Assembly: GCA_964571845.1 (NCBI GenBank) | Contig: CAZNDM010000087.1 | Location: 16,376 to 80,375, forward strand | DNA length: 64,000 nucleotides | From: an uncultured bacterium | GTDB lineage: Bacteria > Hydrothermota > Hydrothermia > B15-G9 > WFZT01 | Direction: 5' to 3' | Part shown: positions 37,843 to 47,823 of the stretch, in pieces | Layout: every line of letters begins with the position of its first letter | How positions within the stretch are numbered: the stretch's first letter is position 1 | Notes under the pieces: model-generated | Told to the model about the DNA's origin: nothing | Seen by the model: the letters and a program-made list of their open reading frames with translations, nothing else | Database searches by the model: none | Made by a program: the position numbers and the translations under genes

Positions 37843-38668
37843 GACCCCTTATCTGTTACTCGCACCATTAATTCTATACATCCTTTTTTTCTTTTTGAGT
37901 CCATTCGGTAGCGCCATAAAACTCGCATTTTTCAACGATTCAGGTAGCTTTACCCTGAAGTATTTCTCTGAGACCTTAAAAGACATAAGGTTTTATGCAG
38001 CTCTCAAATATACCGTCCTCTTTGCACTAACCATAATTCCCTTACAGCTTGTAACTGCATTCTTTGTTGCACTTTTTATAACAAAAAGCGGGAACAGCTG
38101 GCTCATGTTCGTTGCATCGATCCCCCTTGCCATATCAGACCTTGCCGCAGGCCTTATTTTCCTTGCCATATTTAGCGAAAGTGGATTTCTGAATTCCTTC
38201 CTTTATACACTCGGTATAATTGACAAACCTTTTTATTTTCTATCCTTTCAGAATACCTGGCTTCTTTTTTTAACAGTTGTGATAGCTGAACACTGGAGAG
38301 CTACATCGATTGTGCTCCTGATCCTCGTTGCAGGGCTTCAAATGATCGAGAAGGATTTCAACGACGCTGCAAGTATATTTGGGGCAAATTTCTTTAAAAA
38401 GACCTATTTTGTAACACTACCCCTCCTGAAGCCCTCAATACAATCTGCACTTATCATCAGAACGATCTTTGCGTTTCAGATGTTCGCAGTTGTACTTGCC
38501 CTTGCAGGTGATATGATCCCGGTTTTATCAGGTGAAGCTTACTTCTGGTATTCTCTTTACAGGAACCCGCACATCGCCTCTGTCTATGCGCTCATAATCA
38601 TCTTTATCTCTATCCTTTTTACTCTCATCTATCTCAGGCTATTGAGACACAGGGAGGTACTTCGATGA
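37829..38668 (+). CDS. ABC transporter permease (MalF/UgpA type)
   Basis: 279 aa. Six transmembrane segments and an EAA-like loop. It overlaps its neighbours by 14 and 4 nt. Confidence 0.75.
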   Translation: MRSNETPYLLLAPLILYILFFFLSPFGSAIKLAFFNDSGSFTLKYFSETLKDIRFYAALKYTVLFALTIIPLQLVTAFFVALFITKSGNSWLMFVASIPLAISDLAAGLIFLAIFSESGFLNSFLYTLGIIDKPFYFLSFQNTWLLFLTVVIAEHWRATSIVLLILVAGLQMIEKDFNDAASIFGANFFKKTYFVTLPLLKPSIQSALIIRTIFAFQMFAVVLALAGDMIPVLSGEAYFWYSLYRNPHIASVYALIIIFISILFTLIYLRLLRHREVLR

Positions 38669-39477
38669 AAGTCCTGAAAAAGGTAGCGGAACTAATCTTT
38701 GCAGCTTCAGTTGCCCTGTGGATCCTGCTCCCGATCTATTTCATCACAGTCCTTTCCCTGACGACAAAAAGGGAAATTTTTTCATTTCCCAAGCGTTTTA
38801 TACCTTCTGAGTTTTCCCTTGAAGTGCTCAGATTTTTCGTGGAATCCCATGGAACAGTTCGCTCTTTATTAAACAGCGTTATCGTAGCGTTATTCACAAT
38901 AGTCGTTGTCCTCGTTATCTCTCTTCCTGCCGCTTACGGGCTTTCAAGGTACAGGTTTAAGGGAAGAGACTCCATAATGCTTTTTATCCTGACATCGAGA
39001 ATGCTCCCCATACCACTTCTCGCCATACCATTAACCAATCTTTACATAGCCATAAGACTCTACGACAATCTTCTCGGAGTTGCATTCCTCCATGCAGCCA
39101 TGGCAATGCCATTTGCAATAATCATTTTGACGGGCATATTCGTAAAAATATCATCAGACTATGAAGAGGCTGCCTGGATTTTCGGAGCTTCAAAAATGCA
39201 GACTTTTATCAGAGTTACCCTTCCCCTCGCCCTTCCGGGAATAACAGCCATGCTGATTTTCACTTTTATCACTTCCTGGAACGAGGTTTTTGCCGCGAGT
39301 ATCCTGACAGTAGAAAATAGAACCCTTTCAGCCCATGTTCTTAATGTGATGCAGGCATCCCCTATTTATTTCAAGTATGCAGCAGGATTTTTCCTCTCAA
39401 TTCCAGCAATAATTTTTATATTTCTCATCAGAAACTATCTGTTCAACATGTGGGGAGGTTTTCAGAGTGAAAAGTAA
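38665..39477 (+). CDS. ABC transporter permease (MalG/UgpE type)
   Basis: 270 aa. Multi-transmembrane protein with the EAA motif region ASKMQTFIRVTLPLALPG. Confidence 0.75.
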   Translation: MKVLKKVAELIFAASVALWILLPIYFITVLSLTTKREIFSFPKRFIPSEFSLEVLRFFVESHGTVRSLLNSVIVALFTIVVVLVISLPAAYGLSRYRFKGRDSIMLFILTSRMLPIPLLAIPLTNLYIAIRLYDNLLGVAFLHAAMAMPFAIIILTGIFVKISSDYEEAAWIFGASKMQTFIRVTLPLALPGITAMLIFTFITSWNEVFAASILTVENRTLSAHVLNVMQASPIYFKYAAGFFLSIPAIIFIFLIRNYLFNMWGGFQSEK

Positions 39478-40537
39478 AGGTATTAGACTTCAAAATGTCT
39501 TAAAAAAGTTTGGTAAAAATGTCGTCTTGAAAAACATAAACCTTGATGTCAAACCCGGCGAATTTCTTGTTCTGCTTGGTCCTTCAGGATGTGGAAAAAC
39601 AACGACTCTCAGACTCATTGCAGGTGTCGAGAAAGTGGATTCGGGCAGAATATTCATTGGCGAAAGAGATGTAACAGACCTCCCTCCACAGAAGCGTAAT
39701 GTTTCGATGGTTTTCCAGAATTATGCCATCTTCCCTCACATGAATGTGTATGACAACATTGGTTTTGGATTGAAAATGCGGGGTGCTGACAAAGAGACCA
39801 TAAGGGAAAAGGTCATTGAGGTCTCAAAGTTATTGAAGATAGAAGATCTGCTCGACAGGTTTCCCTCACAATTATCAGGTGGTCAGAGACAGAGGGTAGC
39901 AGTTGCCCGTGCCCTTGCAACACCTTTTGATGTCCTCCTCATGGATGAGCCCCTTTCCAACCTCGATGCACTCCTGCGGGCAGAGATGAGAGCTGAGCTC
40001 AAAAAACTTCATCAAAAGTTTATGCACACGGTGGTTTATGTAACCCACGATCAGGTTGAAGCCCTCACTCTTGGAAACAGAATTGCGGTAATGTTCGATG
40101 GAGAAATCCATCAGGTAGGGACACCTGAAGAAATCTACGAATTCCCCGAAAACACCCGTGTGGCGCGTTTCATTGGAACTCCACCCATGAACCTACTCAG
40201 TGCCAGAATCACCGACAATGTCATGGTGGGCAAGACCACTTTCCCCCTTTCGAAAAAAATCGTGGATCTTTTGAAAAGTCTCGGGGTAAAGGAATTTGTC
40301 ATTGGATTCAGGCCGGAATATGTGAGGTTTGATGAAAAGGGGATAAGAGGGAAAATTGTGCTAAAAGAAAATATCGGCCACAACGAAATCCTGAACATCC
40401 AGTTTGAAAACAATGTAATCAAGGCAATTACAAGAAGGGGAGAGATAACGAGAGAAGAAATAAATTTCCACATCCCGGAGGAAAATCTAAGAATATTCAT
40501 CAACGGAAAACTTCTCAAATCCCCTCACACTTCTTGA
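39467..40537 (+). CDS. ABC transporter ATP-binding protein (MalK/UgpC type with a C-terminal TOBE-like domain)
   Basis: Walker A GPSGCGKTT, signature LSGGQRQRVAVARAL, Walker B LLMDEPLSNLDA. Confidence 0.85.
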   Translation: MKSKGIRLQNVLKKFGKNVVLKNINLDVKPGEFLVLLGPSGCGKTTTLRLIAGVEKVDSGRIFIGERDVTDLPPQKRNVSMVFQNYAIFPHMNVYDNIGFGLKMRGADKETIREKVIEVSKLLKIEDLLDRFPSQLSGGQRQRVAVARALATPFDVLLMDEPLSNLDALLRAEMRAELKKLHQKFMHTVVYVTHDQVEALTLGNRIAVMFDGEIHQVGTPEEIYEFPENTRVARFIGTPPMNLLSARITDNVMVGKTTFPLSKKIVDLLKSLGVKEFVIGFRPEYVRFDEKGIRGKIVLKENIGHNEILNIQFENNVIKAITRRGEITREEINFHIPEENLRIFINGKLLKSPHTS

Positions 40538-40982
40538 AAGAACAATTCACCTATACCATAAATGACAGGGGAACGGCTCAAGATTAAGAAAACTCAATGA
40601 TGGTTCTCTTCCTTTGATCTGCTCATTCCCGGAACGGGAACCGATGCTTAAAGACTTTTCATTTTACCTGAAAAGCGGGAAATAGACTCTACTCACGATT
40701 TCACAAACCTCGCTCACGCTCTGATACTGAAATCCATAGAGGTTGCAAAAGGGCTCCAACTCCTACTTACTTTGAAATATTTGTAGGAAATCCCCAGTTG
40801 AGATCATCCGTAAAATGCTATGGGGAAAGGAGGGATTGAAATTTTTTTATTTTCACATCGAAGTGAAATGGCATTGTGTAAGAGGCTCCATTAATCTCCG
40901 TCCCCGCTCATGTAAATGTTGTGGCGGAGGATAAAGGTGAAAGCAAAAGTCAGATTTGACGGGGAAGCAATGAGTGCCTTTT

Positions 40983-41026
40983 CACCCTCTCCTCAATCCT
41001 TTCCCCGCGCCGGGAGGGGAGGTTGT
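40983..41026. repeat. Copy A of the GC-rich hairpin repeat family
   Basis: caccctctcctcaatcctttccccgcgccgggaggggaggttgt. The 16-mer cgggaggggaggttgt is identical to copy B at 56015-56030. Confidence 0.5.
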
Positions 41027-41270
41027 CGATACACTTTGCAGTCAAAGTACAACAAAAAAATTCTTCTCCCACTTTGTGGTTAAAGCGATTGCCTGCTCCA
41101 AAGAGGGAGAAAACCGCAGGTGGCTGAAAGTGACGGAAGAATTGTGAGTGAGTCATGTAAACCTTCCGATACAACAGGATTGAAATTGTAGGTGAATTTC
41201 CGTGAGCAGAAAGTGAAAAATAAGTTTGTAAATAAAAAATACTTAATTTTCAACACCATCAGTAAGGGGG

Positions 41271-41299
41271 TTGACAGTGCGAGGCCTCCAATTTAGAAT
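41271..41299 (+). promoter_or_regulatory. Sigma-70-like promoter TTGACA, 17-nt spacer, TAGAAT, for the peroxiredoxin gene
   Basis: TTGACA at 41271-41276, a 17-nt spacer, TAGAAT at 41294-41299. The AGGAGG ribosome-binding site is at 41325-41330 and the ATG at 41338. Confidence 0.5.
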
Positions 41300-41337
41300 A
41301 ATTCCAGATTAAAAAACATTAAAAAGGAGGTTGTAAA

Positions 41338-41982
41338 ATGGAGGCAAGAATCCCTCTTATCGGAGAAAAGTTCCCTGAGATGGAAGTCGTAACAACTCAC
41401 GGAAAGATTAAGTTACCTGAGGCTTACGAGGGGAAATGGTTCATTCTCTTCAGCCACCCTGCTGACTTCACACCTGTTTGCACAACTGAGTTCGTCGCAT
41501 TCCAGAAAAGGTACGATGAGTTCAGAAAGCTCAATACAGAGCTCATCGGTCTGAGTATTGACCAGGTCTTCTCACACATTAAATGGGTCGAGTGGATCAA
41601 GGACAATCTTAATGTGGAAATCCAGTTTCCAATTATTGCAGACGACACAGGCGCTGTTGCCAACAAACTCGGACTCGTCCATCCAGGTAAGGGCACAAAC
41701 ACGGTGAGAGCCGTCTTTATTGTGGACCCCAAGGGGATAATCAGGGCTATCCTCTATTATCCTCAGGAGCTGGGCCGTAACATGGACGAAATTCTCAGAA
41801 TGATCAAAGGCTTCCAGGTTTCTGACGAACATGGTGTGGCTATTCCAGCAAACTGGCCAAACAACGAGCTCATTGGTGATGAGGTAATTATACCTCCAGC
41901 AGCAGATGTGAAAACAGCTGAGGAGAGACCCAAACAGTACGATTGCTACGACTGGTGGTTCTGTCACAAGAAACTTTCATAA
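41338..41982 (+). CDS. Peroxiredoxin (Prx6/1-Cys or archaeal-type with C-terminal resolving cysteines)
   Basis: 214 aa. Peroxidatic Cys motif FTPVCTTE, and the C-terminal CYDWWFC. Confidence 0.85.
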   Translation: MEARIPLIGEKFPEMEVVTTHGKIKLPEAYEGKWFILFSHPADFTPVCTTEFVAFQKRYDEFRKLNTELIGLSIDQVFSHIKWVEWIKDNLNVEIQFPIIADDTGAVANKLGLVHPGKGTNTVRAVFIVDPKGIIRAILYYPQELGRNMDEILRMIKGFQVSDEHGVAIPANWPNNELIGDEVIIPPAADVKTAEERPKQYDCYDWWFCHKKLS

Positions 41983-42001
41983 GTAAAGATTGAAAATCGA
42001 A

Positions 42002-42040
42002 GGGGGGGGCGGGGCGCGCGGCACGCGCGCCCCGCCCCCC
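42002..42040. terminator. Long perfect GC hairpin (stem about 18 bp, 3-nt loop) downstream of the peroxiredoxin gene, with no U-tract
   Basis: ggggggggcggggcgcgcg gca cgcgcgccccgcccccc. It lies 20 nt after the stop codon and no T-run follows it on the plus strand. Confidence 0.4.
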
Positions 42041-42149
42041 AATTCTATCCCCCTCCCACCATCCTCCCTCACACACCTTTTTGCCCCGCTTGACATCATC
42101 CCTTGTAAAATTTTAAACTTGCCTTTGTCACTCAAAAGGGAGGTCGGTT

Positions 42150-44228
42150 ATGAGAAAATTGTTGTATATGTTATTAATAACAGGAGGGATTCTATTTGCT
42201 CAAACTAACCTTGCTCCCAATCCGGGTTTCGAAAACTGGGCGGATGAAAACACACCTGAAAACTGGTCTTATGAGAGTGGAATAACTGTTTCACGCTGTA
42301 ATGTTACAGATTCTGTATATTCAGGATCATACTCCGCAAGAGTTTTGTTAACTACAGATAATCAAAGTAACACCGATTTTGTATCCGATTCTATAGACGT
42401 TTTGCCAAACACCGAATACACATTCAGAGTTCATATTTTTGACAATGATCCAGCTGGTAGAGTCAGATTGGTAGTTCATTGGTTTGATTCCAATATGCAA
42501 GCCCTTCAATCTTCTTATGGAACTTACTCGTCGGATAATTCTGACTGGCAGGTGGTAGAATACACGGTAACATCTCTCGCAGATGCAGCTTTTGCAAAGC
42601 TTGGTTTCCGATTTTATGACTCAAACAGCTGGGATGGAGATGCTCTCTTTTACCTCGATGAGATGAGCTTCACTTCTCAAAATGATCCTCCCTCCATTTC
42701 AAATATTTCGCACTCACCTTCAAATCCCACATCATCTGATGATGTTACTGTAACGGCAGATATTTCTGATCCTGATGGCGACAATATAACAACTGATTAC
42801 CTTAGCTATTCCACAGACGGAGGTAACAACTGGACACAGGTAAATCACTCAAGCGTTTCGGGAAACACATACACTTATATCATTCCTGCACAGTCTGACG
42901 GGACAAATGTCCGTTATTACATTTATGCAGAAGATGAACACGGCGCCGGGACAACATCCTCAACATACTCATACACTGTAAGTGATAATCCTCTTCAAAA
43001 CCCTATAATCAATGAAATAATGTATCATCCAGTGCCGGATGACATCTCTTTCGAATATGTGGAGATATACAATCCCAACAATGTAAGCTTTGATGTCAGT
43101 AACTGGGTTTTCACAGATGGAGAAAGTGATTTCACGATCCCTGACGGTATCCAGATTCCGCCTTATGGATTCCTGGTGATCGCCAGGGATACCTCGCAGA
43201 TCAGGTCTCAATACGGTCAGGCAGGTCTCAAATTTCTTGGTGATGGAGACGACATACTTCTTGGAAATGCCGGATTCGCTCTCTCAAACAGTGGTGAAGA
43301 AGTTTCATTACTGGATGATAACTCAAACACAATCGATCAGGTTGCTTATGACGATGGAGATCCATGGCCCACCGAGCCAGACGGTGATGGTCCTTCACTT
43401 GGATTGAAGAATCCGGAGCTTGATAACTCTGTTTCAGTGAACTGGTGTTCTGAGGCAGGAGATGATCCTGTATATGGTGGAACACCGGGAGCTGCTAATG
43501 AGTGCAATAATACCGTTGAAAATGGCGGCTTTGAGTCATGGAACAATGGGATCCCTGTTTCCTGGAATCTTGAAACCAATGTTACAGTTGCGGAGGAAAC
43601 CGGTACAAAGCATCGTGGAAACAGTAGTGTAAAAATTTCGGTGGGTAATGACGGTGAAGGGATTTATGAAAATATAGAACAGGTATCAAGTGGTGAAAAA
43701 TACCACTTCCATGCCTGGCTTTATGCACTTGGAGAAGTTTCTGGACATGCCAGTGTAGGCGTGGAGCTGAGGTTTTACAATAGTTCATGGAATTATATCG
43801 AATCACATGGTCCCTACTATCCCAGCGGCACGGGAACCTGGAAAAGGGTTGCTGTTAGAGACACTATACCCAATAATGCGACGAAAATGAGAATCTATAT
43901 TATTGGTTACTCAACCGGGAAGGGAGATGCCGGGTATGCTGATGATATTACCTTCATCTCACAGGGAGCTGTTGCAACGGGAGTCAACGAAGAAACGGGT
44001 TATACAGGCAGCATCGTAATTACTCAGAGTCCGGGTAAGTTAACCTTTGTCATTCCGGGAAAATGCGCCTCAAGGCTTGAGATCTTTGATATTACCGGGA
44101 GAAAGATTAAAGTGTTAACCGTCCGTGGAAAGAAAACCATATCGACAGGATCGTTTTCACCCGGTGTTTACTTCGCTGTGTTGAAAGACAGGAAGGTTAA
44201 AAGCGGGAAGTTTGTGATAATCAGGTAG
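42150..44228 (+). CDS. Secreted T9SS cargo protein: two CBM4/9/22-like carbohydrate-binding modules, a lamin-tail domain and a T9SS C-terminal sorting domain
   Basis: 692 aa. Signal peptide. PNPGFENW and NGGFESWNNG are CBM-like starts. The lamin-tail region is INEIMYHPV...YVEIYNP...VSNWVFTDG. The C-terminal sorting domain is LEIFDITGRKIKVL...GVYFAVLK...GKFVIIR. The codon usage is visibly more A/T-ending than in neighbouring genes. Confidence 0.65.
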   Translation: MRKLLYMLLITGGILFAQTNLAPNPGFENWADENTPENWSYESGITVSRCNVTDSVYSGSYSARVLLTTDNQSNTDFVSDSIDVLPNTEYTFRVHIFDNDPAGRVRLVVHWFDSNMQALQSSYGTYSSDNSDWQVVEYTVTSLADAAFAKLGFRFYDSNSWDGDALFYLDEMSFTSQNDPPSISNISHSPSNPTSSDDVTVTADISDPDGDNITTDYLSYSTDGGNNWTQVNHSSVSGNTYTYIIPAQSDGTNVRYYIYAEDEHGAGTTSSTYSYTVSDNPLQNPIINEIMYHPVPDDISFEYVEIYNPNNVSFDVSNWVFTDGESDFTIPDGIQIPPYGFLVIARDTSQIRSQYGQAGLKFLGDGDDILLGNAGFALSNSGEEVSLLDDNSNTIDQVAYDDGDPWPTEPDGDGPSLGLKNPELDNSVSVNWCSEAGDDPVYGGTPGAANECNNTVENGGFESWNNGIPVSWNLETNVTVAEETGTKHRGNSSVKISVGNDGEGIYENIEQVSSGEKYHFHAWLYALGEVSGHASVGVELRFYNSSWNYIESHGPYYPSGTGTWKRVAVRDTIPNNATKMRIYIIGYSTGKGDAGYADDITFISQGAVATGVNEETGYTGSIVITQSPGKLTFVIPGKCASRLEIFDITGRKIKVLTVRGKKTISTGSFSPGVYFAVLKDRKVKSGKFVIIR

Positions 44229-46449
44229 ATGGAAGCAGGACTTTGATGTCCTTTGGTGAGAATGTTTTTTTGCAGGAGGGGCACTGGTAGTAGAATTTTT
44301 TGCCCCGACGCACTTCCATGATGAGTGGATAACCACATTCGGGGCATTTAACGGGCACGGGCTTGTGAGGAAGGGTGAATTTACATTCAGGATAATTTGA
44401 GCAGGCGTAAAAAACCTGTCCTCTCTTATTACTTCTTTCAACAATGTCACCGCCACACTCAGGGCACTTAACTCCAGTTGAAATGGGTTTCACGCCGGGA
44501 CACTTCGGATAGTCAACGCAGGCAAGAAACCTGCCGTATCGACCTTTGCGGATGACCATGGGTTTGCCGCAAACCGGGCATTTCTCACCTTCCACCGTCT
44601 CCTGCTCCAGTGGTCTTGTGTATTTACATTCAGGATACCCTGAGCAGGCGATAAATTTTCCGTATCTGCCCCATCTGATAACAAGGGGTCTGCCGCAGAG
44701 AGGACACTTTTCGTCCAGGACCTCGGTGTTTTCCTTTTTGATGTTGGGGATATCTTCTGAAGCTTTTTCAAATTCCTCTTTGAATCTCCTGTAGAATTCT
44801 TTCAGGAGCTCCTGCCAGGAGAGTTCACCGAGTTCGACTTTATCAAGTTCATTTTCCATTTTGGCGGTAAACCCGTAGTCAAAGATCTCCTTGAATCGAG
44901 GCACCAGGATGTCGCTAACGAGTTCACCGAGCTCTGTAGGTTTAAGAAATTTCCCCTCTTTTTCCACATAGCCTCTTTCAAAGAGTGTGGAGATTGTGGG
45001 GGCGTAAGTAGAAGGTCTTCCAATTTCACGAGCCTCGAGGGTTTTAATAAGTGTTGCCTCTGTGTATCTTTTGGGAGGCTCGGTCTGCTTCTCTTCCATC
45101 TTCAACTCAACAAGCTTGAGCTCCTCGTTTACATCGAGATCAGGAATGGGATTTTCTCTCGGTGAATCTCCAGTAATTTTGTAAAAACCCGGAAATTTCA
45201 GTGTTTCACCTTCTGCCTTGAATTGAAAGCCCTGATTTTCAATGATTGCCCTATTAACTTCAAAAATAGCGTCCTTTGCCTGCGATGCTACAGCCCTTTT
45301 CCAGATCAGGTTATAGATAGCAAACTGTTCACCTGTGAGATAATCTCTTACACTTTCAGGAAATTCAAAGCCTGTGGGTCTAATGGCTTCGTGGGCATCC
45401 TGAACAGCGGATCCCCTGGTCTTGAAGGTCCTCGGTCTTGAGGGAAGGAACTCGTTTCCAAAGTTGTCCTTGATTATTTTGCGGATAGTCTCAACCGCTT
45501 TATCAGACATCCTGAGAGAGTCTGTCCTCATATAAGTGATGAGTCCCTTGCGTTCGCCCCCAAGATCAATACCTTCGTAAAGCTCCTGAGCCACTTTCAT
45601 TGTCCGCTTTGGAGGATATCCAAGTCTTGAAGAGGCATCCTGCTGTAATGTGGATGTTTTGTAAGGTGGCGGTGGACTCTGTTTTCTGTCGCGGGTTTTG
45701 AATTCTTTAACCGAGAAAGTGCCATTTTTTAGCGTCTCAAGAATACTTTGAACATACTCTTTGTCTTTGATCTTTTGCAGGTTTTTTCCGTCAGGACTTT
45801 TAATGAGCGTCGCGGTAAACTTTTCTCCGTTCTTTTCAAAGACAGCTTTAACCACATAGTAAGTCTCGGGTTTGAATGCCCTGATTTCACGCTCTCTTTC
45901 GACGATAAATCTCAGAGCAACGGTCTGGACCCTACCTGCGGACAGACCTTTTCTTACCGATTTCCACAGAAGAGGGCTAATCTTATAACCGACAATTCTA
46001 TCGAGTATTCTTCTCGCCTGCTGAGCGTTGAACTTATTGAGATCTATCTCACCCGGATTTTTTATGGCTTCTTTAACAGCTTCACGCGTAATTTCGAAGA
46101 AAAGAACCCGCTTGATGTCTTCGGGCTTCTTTATTCTTTTGATGATGTGGGAAATATGATAGGCAATAGCTTCACCTTCTCTGTCAGGGTCACTACCGAT
46201 GTAGATTTCGGAAGCTTCTTTTGCTGCTTTCTTGATCTCCTCGACGACATCACGCTTTTCTTTCATTATCACATAGCTCGGTTTAAAACCCTCATCGTCA
46301 ATTTTAACACCAAATCTATTGGGTGGGAGATCTCTGATATGTCCTTTGGAGGCAATAACAGAGAAATTTCTCCCGAGATACTTGCTGAGAGTCCTTGCTT
46401 TTGTGGGGGACTCGACTATAAGTAATTTTTTGCCTTTTTCTTTTGCCAT
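44221..46449 (-). CDS. topA: DNA topoisomerase I (type IA) with four C-terminal zinc ribbons
   Basis: Toprim start LLIVESPTKARTL, the catalytic Tyr region, and four repeats of CP.CG..L....GR.G.F.AC..YP.C. The ATG at 46447-46449 (MAKEKGKK) is verified. The track start at 46500 is a GTG and has no homology upstream of that ATG. Confidence 0.9.
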   Translation of the reverse strand: MAKEKGKKLLIVESPTKARTLSKYLGRNFSVIASKGHIRDLPPNRFGVKIDDEGFKPSYVIMKEKRDVVEEIKKAAKEASEIYIGSDPDREGEAIAYHISHIIKRIKKPEDIKRVLFFEITREAVKEAIKNPGEIDLNKFNAQQARRILDRIVGYKISPLLWKSVRKGLSAGRVQTVALRFIVEREREIRAFKPETYYVVKAVFEKNGEKFTATLIKSPDGKNLQKIKDKEYVQSILETLKNGTFSVKEFKTRDRKQSPPPPYKTSTLQQDASSRLGYPPKRTMKVAQELYEGIDLGGERKGLITYMRTDSLRMSDKAVETIRKIIKDNFGNEFLPSRPRTFKTRGSAVQDAHEAIRPTGFEFPESVRDYLTGEQFAIYNLIWKRAVASQAKDAIFEVNRAIIENQGFQFKAEGETLKFPGFYKITGDSPRENPIPDLDVNEELKLVELKMEEKQTEPPKRYTEATLIKTLEAREIGRPSTYAPTISTLFERGYVEKEGKFLKPTELGELVSDILVPRFKEIFDYGFTAKMENELDKVELGELSWQELLKEFYRRFKEEFEKASEDIPNIKKENTEVLDEKCPLCGRPLVIRWGRYGKFIACSGYPECKYTRPLEQETVEGEKCPVCGKPMVIRKGRYGRFLACVDYPKCPGVKPISTGVKCPECGGDIVERSNKRGQVFYACSNYPECKFTLPHKPVPVKCPECGYPLIMEVRRGKKFYYQCPSCKKTFSPKDIKVLLPST

Positions 46450-46521
46450 TTCTGTCAGGTAGAGAATGATACAAGAATAGCACGTATTGCACAAGGGCAC
46501 GGGGTCAATTTTTCGAAATAC

Positions 46522-46545
46522 CGGTCAAAAATTGACCGCAAGTCA
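46522..46545. promoter_or_regulatory. Overlapping palindromes GGTCAA-aaa-TTGACC and TTGAC-cgcaa-GTCAA, plus an extra GGTCAA half-site at 46502-46507, in the trmI-topA intergenic region: candidate operator
   Basis: Read directly from gggtcaatttttcgaaataccggtcaaaaattgaccgcaagtcaattaac, which lies just upstream of topA on the minus strand. Confidence 0.35.
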
Positions 46546-46597
46546 ATTAACATTACAGCTCTCCCCCGAAAATTTGAGATCAGAATATCGGGCACTT

Positions 46598-47362
46598 TTA
46601 TCCTTTGTCTATTTTTACCTTCCAGGCAAATGTGAGATACCCTGTGTGGGAGATCATTCTCTCCTTTGGTCGAGTCTTGCCCGGTCTGATGAGCATTTCT
46701 CTTTCAAGTATCTCGACGCACTTCAGTCTGATGAATCCCGCCTCTTTCAAAGCCTCATGGGTCTTTTGAACCTGTTCGATCGTGGGCGAAAGAGAAACCC
46801 ACACATGCCCGGGTTTTAAAACCTCGTAAACCGGTTCCACAAGCGTCCAGGGTTCAGGTACATCAATAAAAGCAGCGTCAACAGGCTCGATGTCAAATCC
46901 CTCTTCTGCCGGATCTTTATGATGGAATTCGACCCGATCGTCGAGTCCGGCATCAACTACATTTTTAATCGCATTGTTGAAGAACTCCTCCCGTCTCTCA
47001 AATGTGTAAACCTTCCCCTCTGGTCCTACTATGGTAGCAAGAATTATTGTCAGGGCTCCTGATCCGGTGCCGGTTTCGAGAACTTTAGAACCTGCTCCTA
47101 TACCTGTCTCAATAACCATGTAACCTGCATCCTTCGGATAGATTATCGTGGTTGTCCTCTTCACACGCATTGACAGCTCCCGCGTTGTCGGAAAAAGGAC
47201 AAAAAAGCTCTTTCCTATGTGAGTTTCAAGTTTTTCACCGTACTCGAGATTCTCGGGGAGGGTTAGTACACCAAGATGTGTCTGAATCCTCTTGCCGGGC
47301 TCGTAATTAACCAGATACTCAGCCTTTTTTCCTCCGTAGAGGAGAATTTTCTTTTTTGTCAT
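46598..47362 (-). CDS. trmI: tRNA (adenine-N1)-methyltransferase TrmI (Gcd14 family)
   Basis: 254 aa. SAM-binding VLETGTGSGALT motif and the TrmI-like N-terminal beta domain. There is a 1-nt overlap with ribH. Confidence 0.7.
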   Translation of the reverse strand: MTKKKILLYGGKKAEYLVNYEPGKRIQTHLGVLTLPENLEYGEKLETHIGKSFFVLFPTTRELSMRVKRTTTIIYPKDAGYMVIETGIGAGSKVLETGTGSGALTIILATIVGPEGKVYTFERREEFFNNAIKNVVDAGLDDRVEFHHKDPAEEGFDIEPVDAAFIDVPEPWTLVEPVYEVLKPGHVWVSLSPTIEQVQKTHEALKEAGFIRLKCVEILEREMLIRPGKTRPKERMISHTGYLTFAWKVKIDKG

Positions 47363-47823
47363 TAAATATTCTCGACAACCGAAAGGGTTTCCAGAAGCGA
47401 CAGGACAGCGTCTCTTCCTTTGTTACCGAGTTTGCCCCCTGCTCTATCTTCAGCCTGATCAAATGTATCAGCAGTGATCACACCATAGGCAATGGGAATG
47501 TTTTCATCAAGCATAACGCGGGCAATACCTTTTGTTACCTCTGCTGCAACATAATCAAAATGGGGAGTCTCGCCTCTGATAACAGCAGAGAGCGCGACAA
47601 GACCGTCGTATCTACCCGACTTTGCAAGCTTTTTCAAGACAAGTGGAACTTCAAAAGCTCCGGGAACCCAGAAGATGTCCACGAGATCCAGGTCACCACC
47701 AAACTGTTCAATTGCCTCAAGTGCACCATCAACCAGTCTGGATGTGATAAAATCGTTAAATTTGGAGGCAACTATTCCAATTCTTTTACCTGCTGCACTA
47801 ATTTTCCCTTTGTATTCAGCCAT
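47362..47823 (-). CDS. ribH: 6,7-dimethyl-8-ribityllumazine synthase
   Basis: 153 aa. Sequence is RibH-like throughout (GIVASKFN...VPGAFE...[13 protein letters not shown]). Confidence 0.9.
   Translation of the reverse strand: MAEYKGKISAAGKRIGIVASKFNDFITSRLVDGALEAIEQFGGDLDLVDIFWVPGAFEVPLVLKKLAKSGRYDGLVALSAVIRGETPHFDYVAAEVTKGIARVMLDENIPIAYGVITADTFDQAEDRAGGKLGNKGRDAVLSLLETLSVVENI

Noticed and set aside
40833-41187. The GGATTGAAAT / GTTGAAATCCC motifs looked like ends of CRISPR repeats
   Set aside because: There are only two or three irregularly spaced occurrences, no regular repeat-spacer periodicity, and no cas genes. It is not a CRISPR array.
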